Origin: Octopus sinensis
Taxonomy: Eukaryota
Direction: 5' to 3'
Length of the DNA: 64,000 nt
Assembly: GCF_006345805.1 (NCBI RefSeq)
Contig: NC_042998.1
Span: 196,478,001-196,542,000 of the forward strand
Shown here: in pieces, positions 1-12,330 of the stretch
Position numbering within the stretch: position 1 is the stretch's first letter
How the letters are laid out: each line of letters starts with the position of its first letter
Made by a program: the position numbers and the translations under genes
The notes under the pieces: generated by a model
Seen by the model: only the letters and a program-made list of their open reading frames with translations
What the model was told of the DNA's origin: nothing
The model's database searches: none

Positions 1-365
1 AACAAGCAGAGGTTGAGAAAGAAATCTCTGATGTTGCCAGTGCTTCAACGCCTGCTGATTCTCCAGTAAAAGCATCAAGGCAGACTAGAACCAACAAGAA
101 GTTTACGTCCATTGCCAAAGGAAAAACACCTCCAAAGGAGAAGGAAAGCCCATCACCTTTAAAAACAATCGACCAGGATAAAAGTGAAGAATGTAGTCCT
201 GTTGCTGTGAGATCACGAAAGACAAGAGCAACCAAAACTACATCAGATAAAGTTCCAAGGACGACTACAGTTGAGGCTACAAGGAAGAGAGTCAGCAAAA
301 GGGCTGCTTCAAAAGCAAGTGTTGCAGAGGACAATCTGGAAACCCCTAGCAAGAAAAGACTTGTG
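1..365 (+). CDS. Gene A internal exon (5' part outside window): basic, S/T-P-rich low-complexity protein
   Basis: Open frame from nt 3 (QAEVEKEISDVASASTPADSPVKASRQTRT...TPSKKRLV), ending at GTGAGT donor at 366, phase 0. Confidence 0.85.
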
Positions 366-394
366 GTGAGTAACTTCTCATTTTAGCACTATGT

Positions 395-1872
395 TTGTGG
401 CATTAGGAAGGGCATCCAGCTGTAGAAACACTGCCAGATCACACTGGGGCCTGGTGCAGCCTTCGGGCTTCCCAGACCCCAGTTGAACCGTCCAACCCAT
501 GCTAGCATGGAAAGCGGACGTTAAACGATGATAATGATGATGAAGTCATCCTCATCATTTAACATCTGTTTTCCATGCTGGCATGGGTTGGACGGTTGGC
601 CAAGAGCTGCACCAGCTTCCATTGTCTGTTTTGGAATGGTTTCTACAGCTGGAGGCCCTTCCCTATGCCATCCACTTTACAGAGTGCACTGGTTGCTATC
701 CATGTGGCACCGGCATGTAAAGTGTTAAGCAAAAATATTTCCAGTTCTTCGCACCTATTGCTAAATCATCATCATCATCATCATCGTTTAACGTCCGTTT
801 TCCATGCTAGCACGGGTTGGACAGTTTGACCGGGGTCTGGGAAGCCAGGGGCTGCACCAGGCTCCAGTCTGATTTGGCAGGGTTTTCTACAGCTGGATGC
901 CCTTCCTAACACCAACCACTCCGACTGTGTAGTGGGTGCTTTTACGTGCCACTGGCATGGGTGCCATTTGCGTGACACCCAGTATCTGCCACGGCTGTGA
1001 TTTTGCTCAGCTTAATGGGTCTTCTTCTCAAGCTCAACATAATGCCAAAGGTGTTGGTCATTGCCTCTGTTAGACCCAACACTGTGTTACATTTTAAACT
1101 TGCCCAATTAAATACACATATAATCCCCATTGTTGGTGCAGGGATGGGTGTGTGGTTGAGAAACTTGCTTCCCATTTATGTGGTTTTGGGTTCAGCCCCA
1201 CTGCATGGCACATTGGGCAAGCATCTTCTATTATCATCCCAGGCCAACTAATGCCCTGTGAGTGGATTTGTTGGATGGAAATTGAAAGAAGCCTGTTGTA
1301 TGTATACAACCTTCTCTTGACATCGTGTGAGGGTTGTATGCAAGCATCCCCATCATACAAGGGATGCTGTTCATTTCCAGTCTTTCATGGAAACATGTCT
1401 GGCCAGGCAAACAGATGAATGTTGGGTGACAGGACAAACATCAGGCCAAAGAATTACCTCCAGCAAATTCCAACTTCGGCAATGCCATAGGAAAAAAATA
1501 TTTTCAGGAATTTTATTTTATTAGCTTGTGTGATCGTTACTGCATCGCCCGAGCATGATCGTTACCACGTCGCCTTACTAGCACTTGTGCAGGTGGCATG
1601 TGAAACATTCGAGCGAGGTCGTCGCCAGTGTTGCTGGACTGGCTCCTGTGCAGGTGGCACGTAAAAAGCATCATTTGGGCATGGCCGTTGCCAGTACCAC
1701 CAAACTGGCCCTCGTGCCGGTGGCACATAAAAGCACCCACTACACTCTTGGAGTGGTTGGCGTTAGGAAGGGCATCCAGCTGTAGAAACTCTGCCAGATC
1801 AGATTGGAGTCTGGTTCGCCAGACCTCAGTCGGAAAGCGAACGTTAAACGATGAAAATGATGATGATGATGA
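395..1872. mobile_element. Cluster of RTE 3'-end fragments (395-542 +, 547-720 -, 766-1085 -, 1540-1872 +) with an old SINE between
   Basis: Shared TTAGGAAGGGCATCCAGCTGTAGAAAC...CATGGAAAGCGGACGTTAAACGATGATG terminus of the 33170 LINE. Confidence 0.8.
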
Positions 1873-1953
1873 AGTGACTTCCATTCCTTTTGTCAATTTT
1901 ATTGTCAATGTTGTAGACTGAAAATATATTTATTCCAATTGTCTTCTGTTCAG

Positions 1954-2039
1954 GCTTCACCATCACCAAAACCAGTTAAGAAGGCATTGGAGAAGATATC
2001 TGAAAATGTCGACACCATTTCGGAAGAGTCACCAAAAAA
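1954..2039 (+). CDS. Gene A exon (ASPSPKPVKKALEKISENVDTISEESPK)
   Basis: ttctgttcAG acceptor, GTAATT donor; phase 0->2 matches neighbours. Confidence 0.85.
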
Positions 2040-2264
2040 GTAATTATTTCTTGTTCTTCTATTTCCCTGCATATAATGCTCACCTTTCAATTTCAATCTT
2101 AGGTGAGGGTGTTATAGATGCACATTTTGTTACTTATCTGTTAACTTAGCTTATATTAGTTTAGAGAATGACCATAAACTAACTTTCAGTTATGTTATCC
2201 CTTTAACCCTTTCATGCCAATCCACACAAGACTTCCCCTAATTCTTTAATACAAACTTTCTGTT

Positions 2265-2484
2265 TTAACCCTTTAGCATTCAGATTATTCTGTCAAATAT
2301 AAAGCTTATGTATTCACACCATGTAAAAATTAATCTTGCATCATTTCATGACTTTGAGATTTCAATGATGTGATTGTTTATTTTTAAAAATGACACAATA
2401 AGGTAGCTATGAATGGTTATATCTGACTAGTTTGAACATAAAATAGGTAGAATATTATGGCCGGTTTAAACACTAAAGGGTTAA
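2265..2484. mobile_element. piggyBac-type MITE (further partial ends at about 2203 and 3060-3137)
   Basis: TTAACCCTTTAG...CTAAAGGGTTAA termini with TTAA sites. Confidence 0.7.
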
Positions 2485-2504
2485 AGTAAACTCAACTGAC
2501 CTTG

Positions 2505-3045
2505 ACCGACCCGACTGTTAGGCATTGTTTCGACACTACTGGTCACAGGACACTGTCCATTCCCCTCTGCATTCATACCCTTGTAGCTCCAAATGCTTAT
2601 TTTATTTTGTCAACCCACAGTTTTGGAGGCCTTCCAAGTGGCCTCTTCCATCTGCCCAGATACCACATGACAACTGCATGATTCTGCCAATTGTCGGTTT
2701 ACCAGGTGGGGTTTGGCCCATTTGAACCTCTGCCTTCTGTATTCCCCTTTTGTCCAAACCATCATAGTCTTCTCTTTTGTATTGGGCCTCACAGAGGCAA
2801 TGGCGAAAGACCGATATCTCTGGAGATATGCTGTGACTGCAAAGACCCGACAAATAATGTGAGTTCATGGCTGTTTCCTGCACCAGTTTCGCATAGCAGG
2901 CCCAGCCCATCCAAAGTTCCTTGGATTGCAGAACGACCTGCTGTGCTTACCTTGGATCGAAGGGTGACCTGCTGTTCTTTAGGAGACCTATTGAGTCAAG
3001 TACATCAACATCAAAATAAATATGCCAGTCATCGAATTTGATTTT
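2505..3045. mobile_element. Rearranged RTE LINE ORF/3' UTR fragments
   Basis: Homologous to 33440-33620 (inverted) and to the DLWRYAV end region. Confidence 0.65.
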
Positions 3046-3277
3046 GATTAATTGTGGAACTGACCAACATGATTGATTAAAAACAATGTGAATAAAGATG
3101 CATTACATTTGATAGAATAATAAATATTAAAGGGTTAAAACATGAAGTTTGTATCATAAAACTAGGGCCAGTGTCTGGTGAGTTGCTGTAAAAAGGGTGA
3201 AATTGTTCATGGAGGAAATTGTATAAAGTGTAAACATGTAAACGAAATTTTCAAGTTAGATTAATTTTCTTTTCCAG

Positions 3278-3361
3278 AAGAACTACAAGAAAAAGAGCTG
3301 CTACTGAGAATCCTACTGTGTCTCCTAAAGTTACCAGAACTCAGAAAACCAGACAGACTAG
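3278..3361 (+). CDS. Gene A exon (RTTRKRAATENPTVSPKVTRTQKTRQT)
   Basis: ttttcttttccAG acceptor, GTAGGG donor; phase 2->2. Confidence 0.85.
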
Positions 3362-3597
3362 GTAGGGTTTTTTTCTCCCAATATATTGTAATTGTTGTGT
3401 GAGAAAGTATATATACTATGATTATAAAATATAGTGTCTTTCAAAAACATCCTGAATTTGAACACTATATCTCGTGTTTAAGAAAAAACAAAACATTTCA
3501 CGCTCAAATTTTAGGAGGACATTCATCAACACACTTTCTGGGTTTTGTCAACTTATTTTTTTCCCGAGGCACCCGGGATTATATCCTCAATTTATAT

Positions 3598-4530
3598 ATC
3601 TTTATATATAAAAGTAAGGTTGTGTGCTGTCTGTCTCCTACGATTTAGATTCCTAACTACTCCCACATTTTGCAGTGTAGTTTAACCAAAACCAGGTATC
3701 TTATAGTCGTGATTCATATCGAGCCCTTCTGGGTATTAGCACGTGTCTACGATTTAAAAAAAATTTTACCATAAATTTTTCCCATTTTTAATGCATTTTT
3801 GGCATATATAAGGGAAGTAACTCTCTAAAAATAAGTTAATGTACATTTTTACTGACAGAAGAGATGACCTTTAACAGGACACCTTGCATACTGGAAGGGG
3901 CAGTTAAAGACCAAACCACGAATAAGAGTAATTTCAAAGGGAATGAAAAATAAAACTATTTCAATAGTTAGCGTTACACTCGTTTCTGCATCAATGTGCA
4001 AATAAATTAATTTGCCATCCATGCTTCTGTGTATAAAAACGTACACTAATTTTTATGAAAAATATGTTGTCTATTGACTTCATTACACATGCTGGCCACC
4101 AGTAGAATATTTCTCTAAATTTTCTACCCTTATTATTTGCTGCCGATTGTAGCTGCGCTTGCATGGTGGATTTGAAAAATTATAATGTATACGGATGGAA
4201 CACGTGTATCTTCAGCGTTGCATAAATATGCATTAATTTTAGTGCCCTTAATGAAGAAGCCTGGATGACAAATTAATTTATTTGCATAATAAATGCAGAA
4301 ACTTGAGTCTAGGGGTAACTATAGAAATATTTATTCTTCTTTCCCTTTGAAGTTACTCTTGTTCATGGTTTGGGCTTTAACAGCCATTTCCAGCATGTAA
4401 GGTGTCCTGTTAAAGATCACTTCTTCTATATGAAAATGTACATTAATTTAAATGAAAAGTATGACTTTATTACATATGCCGACCACCAGTAGAATGTTTC
4501 TCTAAATTTTCTCCCCTTATTATTTTTATA
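3598..4530. mobile_element. Helitron-derived composite with ~190-bp inverted duplication of a decayed helicase-like segment
   Basis: Helitron 5' end; 3838-4027 and 4256-4444 are inverted copies; minus ORF 3849..4046 contains FIP..ITLI..PFQYAR.PVK. Confidence 0.55.
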
Positions 4531-4682
4531 TATGTGTGTGCATGTGAGAAAATGTCCCTAGGCTTCTAAAATTCTTTTTTTTTTTTTTTCCTGAAATGAA
4601 GAACACAAATTAATCCCAGAAACAGCTTTTAAAGCACTTTCCATATCTATACAGTTTTATTCAGTGTTTTACATGTAAGATT

Positions 4683-5050
4683 TGTGGAGGCGCAATGGCC
4701 CAGTGGTTAGGGCAGCGGACTCGCGGTCGTAGGATCACGGTTTTGATTTCCAGACCGGGCGTTGTGAGTGTTTATTGAGCGAAAACACCTAAAGCTCCAC
4801 GAGGCACCGGCAGGGGATGGTGGTGATCCCTGCTGTACTCTTTCACCACAACTTTCTCTCACTCTTACTTCCTGTTTCTGTTGTACCTGTGTTTCAAAGG
4901 GCCGGCCTTGTCACTCTCTGTGTCACGCTTAATATCCCCGAGAACTACGTTAAGGGTGCACGTGTCTGTGGAGTGCTCAGCCACTTACACGTTAATTTCA
5001 CGAGCAGGCTGTGAACCCTCGTCGTCGTAACCGACGGAGTGCTTCCATCC
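4683..5050 (+). mobile_element. tRNA-derived SINE with 12-bp target-site duplication
   Basis: A box TGGCCCAGTGG, degenerate B box; ACATGTAAGATT on both sides (4671, 5051). Confidence 0.8.
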
Positions 5051-5538
5051 ACATGTAAGATTATCTGGCATTAGTAACAACTTTGAAGAGTTGTATTTAT
5101 AGAGATCAGCACGGATATCCCTAAAACTGACATGCATTTCATCTAACGTGTTTTACAAATAAGATTTCCAAATTCCGCCATGGTCGACTTTGCCTTTCAT
5201 TCTTTCGGGGTTGGTTAATTAAGTACCTATTTCTTTACTACCCAACAAGGGGCTAAACACAGAGGGGACAGACAAATGGATTAAGTCGATTACATCGACC
5301 CCAGTGTGTAACTGGTACTTGATTTATCGACCCCGAAAAGATGAAAGGCAAAGTTGACCTCGGCAGACGAAATATGGCTATGCATTTCGCCTGCCAGCTC
5401 GCCGCCTTAAATTAAGTACCAGTTGCATAATACTGGGGTTGATCTAACCAACTGCCCACCCCCATCCCAAAATTTCGGGCCTTGTGCCTAGAGTAGAAAA
5501 ATAAAGATTATTATTATTATTATCTTTTTTACTTACAG

Positions 5539-5579
5539 AGTTGTTCAGAAGTCAGCATCAAAGAACACAAAAGAAACTG
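5539..5579 (+). CDS. Gene A short exon (VVQKSASKNTKET)
   Basis: ttttttacttacAG acceptor, GTATGT donor; phase 2->1 links exactly to the terminal exon. Confidence 0.8.
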
Positions 5580-6192
5580 GTATGTAACCGAAATTCCTTT
5601 GACTAGGCACTGATCTGTATGGTTGTTGTTTCACAGCATGTTAAGGAAGAGTGTGTGCGTGTATATGAACCATGTGGGTATATGTCATCATTTAACATCC
5701 ACTTTTCCATGCTTGAGCGGGTCAGGCAGAATTTGTTGCTCCACATTTTCAATGGCCCCGATGCCCTATCACCAAACCCCCACCTGTTTCCAAGTAAGGT
5801 AATATTTTCCCATAGGTAGAGACATTTTTCATGGAAGGACTGGAAATGAACAACACCACCTGTATAACAGTGATGCTCTTTTACAATCATCACATAATAT
5901 CAAACAAGGGTATGTCTACACACACACACACACCACAGATCTACAACAAACTTCTTTCAGTCTCCTTCCACCGAATCCATTTGCTTGGTTTTGATGGACT
6001 CAGGGCTATAATAGAAAACACTTACCCAGAGCACTGTGCAGTGGGACTGAACTCGAGACCACAAGGTTGGTAAACTAGCTTCTTAACCACACCTGCACCT
6101 TTCTTTTGATGACTTATCAGCTGCCAATGGTTACCAAATGTTATTGGTAGGAAGAAAAAAAACAAAACTTTCGGTTCTGTAAATGTGCCACA

Positions 6193-9100
6193 TTAACCCT
6201 TTCGTTACTGTATTTATTTTGAGATGCTCTGAGTTTCTTTCAATTAATTTGAAATATAACAAAGAATTTAGTAAAATAACTTAGTTATCATTCAGCTGGT
6301 GTTAGGAACATAAACTGTGACTAAGGTTTGGTGGAAGATTTTAATTCAGAACTTATGAAAACAAGACATTTGTACTACAGAGCCAGAGCTGGTTTCAGCC
6401 AGGTTGGTATCAAAAGGGTTAAGAATTGTTTCTCTATTATATATTTTAACCCTTTCGTTACCACATTTCTATTGAGATGCTCTGTGTTTCTCTCTCGATT
6501 ACTTTAAATATAACAAAGAATTTAGTAAAATAACTTAGTTATCATTCAGCTGGTGTTAGGAACATAAACTGTGACTAAGGTTTGGTGGAAGATTTTAATT
6601 CAGAACTTATGAAAACAAGACATTTGTACTACAGAGCCAGAGCTGGTTTCAGCCAGGTTGGTATCAAAAGGGTTAAGAATTGTTTCTCTATTATATATTT
6701 TAACCCTTTCGTTACCACATTTCTATTGAGATGCTCTGTGTTTCTTTCTCGATTACTTTAAATATAACAAAGAATTTAGTAAAATAACTTAGTTATCATT
6801 CAGCTGGTGTTAGGAACATAAACTGTGACTAAGGTTTGGTGGAAGATTTTAATTCAGAACTTATGAAAACAAGACATTTGTACTACAGAGCCAGAGCTGG
6901 TTTCAGCCAGGTTGGTATCAAAAGGGTTAAGAATTGTTTCTCTATTATATATTTTAACCCTTTCGTTACCACATTTCTATTGAGATGCTCTGTGTTTCTC
7001 TCTCGATTACTTTAAATATAACAAAGAATTTAGTAAAATAATTAGTTATCATTCAGCTGGTGTTAGGAACATAACTGTGACTAAGGTTTGGTGGAAGATT
7101 TTAATTCAGAACTTATGAAAACAAGACATTTGTACTACAGAGCCAGAGCTGGTTTCAGCCAGGTTGGTATCAAAAGGTTAAGAATTGTTTCTCTATTATA
7201 TATTTTAACCCTTTCGTTACCACATTTCTATTGAGATGCTCTGTGTTTCTCTCTCGATTACTTTAAATATAACAAAGAATTTAGTAAAATAACTTAGTTA
7301 TCATTCAGCTGGTATTAGGAACATAAATTGTGACTAAGGTTTGGTGGAAGATTTTGATTCAAAACTTATGAAAACAAGACATTTGTACTACAGAGGCAGA
7401 GATGGTTTCAGCCAGGTTGCTATCAAAAGGGTTAAGAATTGTTTCTCTTTTATATATTTTAACCCTTTTGTTACTGTATTTATTTTGAGATGCTCTGAGT
7501 TTCTTTCAATTACTTGAAATATAACAAAGAATTTAGTAAAATAACTTAGTTATCATTCAGCTGGTGTTAGGAACATAAATTGTGACTAAGGTTTGGTGGA
7601 AGATTTTAATTCAAAACTTATGAAAACAAGACATTTGTACTACAAAGCTAGAGCTGGTTTCAGCCAGGTTGGTATCAAAAGGGTTAAGAATTGTTTCTCT
7701 ATTATATATTTTAACCCTTTCGTTACCACATTTCTATTGAGATGCTCTGTGTTTCTCTCTCGATTACTTTAAATATAACAAAGAATTTAGTAAAATACTT
7801 AGTATCATTCAGCTGGTGTTAGGAACATAAACTGTGACTAAGGTTTGGTGGAAGATTTTAATTCAGAACTTATGAAAACAAGACATTTGTACTACAGAGC
7901 CAGAGCTGGTTTCAGCCAGGTTGGTATCAAAAGGGTTAAGAATTGTTTCTCTATTATATATTTTAACCCTTTCGTTACCACATTTCTATTGAGATGCTCT
8001 GTGTTTCTCTCTCGATTACTTTAAATATAACAAAAATTTAGTAAAATAACTTAGTTATCATTCAGCTGGTGTTAGGAACATAAATTGTGACTAAGGTTTG
8101 GTGAAGATTTTAATTCAGAACTTATGAAAACAAGACATTTGTACTACAGAGCCAGAGCTGGTTTCAGCCAGGTTGGTATCAAAAGGGTTAAAATTGTTTC
8201 TCTATTATATATTTTAACCCTTTCGTTACCACATTTCTATTGAGATGCTCTGTTTTTCTCTCTCGATTACTTTAAATATACAAAGAATTTAGTAAAATAA
8301 CTTAGTTATCATTCAGCTGGTGTTAGGAACATAAACTGTGACTAAGTTTTGGTGGAAGATTTTAATTCAGAACTTATGAAAACAGACATTTGTACTACAA
8401 AGCTAGAGCTGGTTTCAGCCAGGTTGGTATCAAAAGGGTTAAGAATTGTTTCTCTATTATATATTTTAACCCTTTCGTTACCACATTTCTATTGAGATGC
8501 TCTGTGTTTCTCTCTCGATTACTTTAAATATAACAAAGAATTTAGTAAAATAACTTAGTTATCATTCAGGGTGTTAGGAACATAAACTGTGACTAAGGTT
8601 TGGTGGAAGATTTTAATTCAGAACTTATGAAAACAAGACATTTGTACTACAAAGCTAGAGCTGGTTTCAGCCAGGTTGGTATCAAAAGGTTAAGAATTGT
8701 TTCTCTATTATATATTTTAACCCTTTCGTTACCACATTTCTATTGAGATGCTCTGTGTTTCTCTCTCGATTACTTTAAATATAACAAAGAATTTAGTAAA
8801 ATAACTTAGTTATCATTCAGCTGGTGTTAGGAACATAAACTGTGACTAAGGTTTGGTGGAAGATTTTAATTCAGAACTTATGAAAACAAGACATTTGTAC
8901 TACAAAGCTAGAGCTGGTTTCAGCCAGGTTGGTATCAAAAGGGTTAAGAATTGTTTCTCTATTATATATTTTAACCCTTTCGTTACCACATTTCTATTGA
9001 GATGCTCTGTGTTTCTCTCTCGATTACTTTAAATATAACAAAGAATTTAGTAAAATAACTTAGTTATCATTAAGCTGGTGTTAGGAACATAAATTGTGAC

Positions 9101-9201
9101 TAAGGTTTGGTGGAAGATTTTAATTAAAACCTTAAGAAAACAAGACATTTGTACAAGAGAGCCAGAGCTGGTTTCAGCCGGGTTTGTAACGAAAGGGTTA
9201 A
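6193..9201. repeat. Tandem array of 12 x ~253 bp units, each a piggyBac-type MITE plus short spacer
   Basis: Units start TTAACCCTTT at about 6193, 6446, 6700, 6954, 7205, 7459, 7711, 7963, 8214, 8466, 8717, 8971 and end AAAGGGTTAA; outer ends form a perfect 16-bp inverted repeat. Confidence 0.92.
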
Positions 9202-9452
9202 AAGCACTGGTGCCCCATAAAAGAGCACCTAGTAAACTCTGTAAAGTGGTTGGCATTAGGAAGGGTATCTAGTTGTAGAAACTGCCCCAAAACAAACAAT
9301 TATAGCTTGGCAAGCTTGCCAGCTCCTATCAAAGCATCTGACCCATGTCAGCATGGAAAACATGTTAAATGATGATGATGATGTTGATGAAGATTGATTT
9401 GAATATTATTCTGTTTACTGTTTATTTATTTTACTCCCCTTTTTTAAACCAG

Positions 9453-9973
9453 CTCCTGCCAAGGCACAAGAAGAAGCAGCTGAGATTGAATTGGAAGAAC
9501 TTGAAACCAAGTCAAAGAAACCAACCAGGCAAGGTCGACAAGTCAGTAAGAAAACTAAAGAAGAAGAAGAAAGCAAGAGTCCAGTATTGACACGAGTTCG
9601 TAGGACAGCTGGAAAGGAATCTGTCTCTCCTGTTAAAAAACGGACCACTCGAGGAGCAGCTGTTAAGAGTCCTGTGAAAAAAGGAGCCAAGTCTAAAAAA
9701 GTTAAGACTCCAGTCAAGAAAGTAGAGACTCCAGTCAAGAAAGTAGAGACTCCGGTCAAGAAAGTAAAGACTCCAGCCAAGAAAGTAAAGACTCCGGTAA
9801 AGAAAGTAAAGACTCCGGTCAAGAAAGTAAAGACTCCGGCCAAGAAAGTAAAGACTCCTGTCAAGAAAGTAAAGACTCCGGTCAAGAAAGTAAAGACTCC
9901 TGTCAAGAAAGTAAAGACTCCGGTCAAGAAAGTAAAGACTCCAGTAAAAAGAGTAACGAGATCTCGTCGTTAG
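9453..9973 (+). CDS. Gene A terminal exon with 12 x KTPVKKV-type repeats (histone H1-tail-like), ending RVTRSRR*
   Basis: Acceptor AG at 9451-9452, phase 1, in frame with ORF 9491..9973; stop TAG; followed by long AT-rich repeat-poor sequence. Confidence 0.88.
9704..9955 (+). repeat. Coding minisatellite, 12 x 21 bp (AAGACTCCnGTCAAGAAAGTA)
   Basis: Direct inspection; variation mostly at third codon positions plus K/E and V/A changes. Confidence 0.95.
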
Positions 9974-10275
9974 CGGGTGTGTGTAAATAAGTTGTTTTTA
10001 ATGTAAAAAAAAAAAAGGGCATTTCTGAATATATTATCCCATTTATCATTCCACGATTGTGTACATAGCATCAGATGAAATTAAATAAATGATTAATTGC
10101 ATTTGATAGGATGGGGAGATTTTATATTCCACAAGATCAGGTTTATCATTATCATGTATAATAATTGAAAGATTATAATTTGCGGCCATCATCACATTGC
10201 TTATTAAGTTAGTTATTAGATCCTAATTGTAGCATTTCAGATTTTTGTTTCTTCAGGAAATGGCTGAAGATATTT

Positions 10276-10318
<43 letters not shown>

Positions 10319-12330
10319 TATATCTATAAAATTTAATTTTAAAATCTCATATTTATTTCCATCATTTTTATTGCCTTGTTCAAGCCTCATCCCAGGAGTG
10401 CAAAATTTGAAACCATATTTAATGACTTACTTCCACTGATCTTCTTCGCTCCATGTCTTCTTCACATGAAGCAAAATGTATTTGAGATCTTTTTTTTTTT
10501 TTCCCTCCTCTTGCCTTTCCTGTTGAATGATGCAATGTGTATATGTTTGGGAAATGCATGAATGTTGAGTGTAAATGTGTCGTGAAAGAATATATACACT
10601 CTTTATTGGGTGAGTGAAGTATGTATGTGCGGATATCAAGTATAAATAGGTTTCCTTGTGATGTGCATGTGTAAGTGTCTGGTGCAAATGTGCCATGTGA
10701 AAGGATATACACTTTTTGTGTGAATGTATGTGAAACTGTATGTGAAGCATATTTGTGATACATGAATATATACCTCTTCTTGTGTGAGTGTGTATAAAAG
10801 TACATGAAGTGTAAATGTGCTATATGAGTGTGTATATATATATATATATATACTTAATATACATAATTCTTGTGTTGAAATATGTGAAACTGTATGTGAA
10901 GCATAATTGTGTAACGTGAATATATATGCCTCTTCTAGTGTGAGTGTGTATAAAAGTACATGAAGTATGATTGTGTTATAAGAGTGAATATAAACCTTGT
11001 GAGTGTATATATATATATGTGTGTGTGTGTGTGTGCATCAGTTATACGTGTGTCATACGAGTCTTTTACGATGTCTTTTTCGTGGCAAACAAACAGAAAT
11101 CTATTTTTATTTCTTACATTTCCAATAACCCCATGTTACACCATCACATTCTTCAGCTCCTGGAATGAGTAACTTTTGACCACAGTTGTCTTTAAAAAAA
11201 CGGTTCAGGTTTGACGCATTAAAAAAAAAAAATGCGTCTTTTAAAAAAAAAAACACAAAAAAAAGCTTTTTTTTTTTCTTCCCCATTTCTGTCCAATATT
11301 TTTCTTGTTTGGTTATATTCACATTTTCCTCATTGGCTCATCACTCATCTAGAAATGGCATTCTTTTATAATTTCATCCATCAAGGCACAAGGATTGAGT
11401 CTACTGCTACAATAAAACAAAAAGAAAATATATAATTTTAAAAAAATCTGATTCTTGTTTTTCGTTCGTTAGTTAATTTGTCAGTTCTGTTGTTTAATCA
11501 ATAGCAATACTGATCTTATATCAGGTCCCTTTTTAGTTTATTATCATGTTTATTAGTTTGCAGGGTTGCTTTTTTTTTTCTCCCCTAGAAACTAATTAAA
11601 CCATTTGTCTTTTCCCCCCCCCCCCCAATCATTCATATAAAAATTTTATAATTTTGTTGTTTTTGTTATCTGTATAATCTTTGTTCTTTTAAATAAAAAA
11701 AGCAAACAAATCACGGTCTTAAAAAGCTGACATCGAACCAGCTCTTCACTGCCAATAAAGAATTCATATTCCTCAGAAGAATGGTTGAACAAGAGAAGAT
11801 AAAATTAAATAAGCGCAAAAATAAAATAATAAAATTTTTTATTTTTTCAACTCAAAACACATCCACACAAACACATACGTTGCCAATTTTTCTACTTCTC
11901 TTCTTTCGAAAGACATTATACAATATATATATATATTTTTTTTTAATCTAAGTTCGTTATGCAGTATTTTGTATTAAACAAAAAGACTTTTGTTTTACCT
12001 AAAATTTCGTATATCTTTTAATAATAATAATAATAAACACTTAATTCGTAGTACAAATACTGATTTTCTTTGAGCATTTTTATGTTACATAAATTAGACA
12101 TTTCTATTCTTTGTAATCATCTACTTTTTTTTTGTTTTGTTAATTCTTTTTGTTTGTCTGTGCGTCCCTTGCAAATTAAAACATCTTCAGTTTCTCCACT
12201 CCCACATGAAAGTAAAATAAAACAAATACATGTCACACATCAAATTCATTTTTTTTTTTTTTTCAATCAATTGTAAATAATTTCAATTTTGTATCATTCA
12301 AAGCTTTTCAATCATAAAACACTTGTCTTG
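9974..12330 (+). other. Probable long 3' UTR of gene A
   Basis: AU-rich, almost free of transposons, poly(A)/poly(T) runs, several AATAAA (about 10084, 11692, 11754, 12216); SINEs resume at about 12360. Confidence 0.55.

Noticed and set aside
6193-9201. CRISPR-like repeat/spacer array
   Set aside because: Spacers are identical, units are ~253 bp, the context is a eukaryotic intron, and there are no cas genes.
9415-9927. 170-aa antisense ORF (TGVFTFL)n
   Set aside because: It is the mirror of the coding 21-bp repeat; the splice signals support the + strand only.
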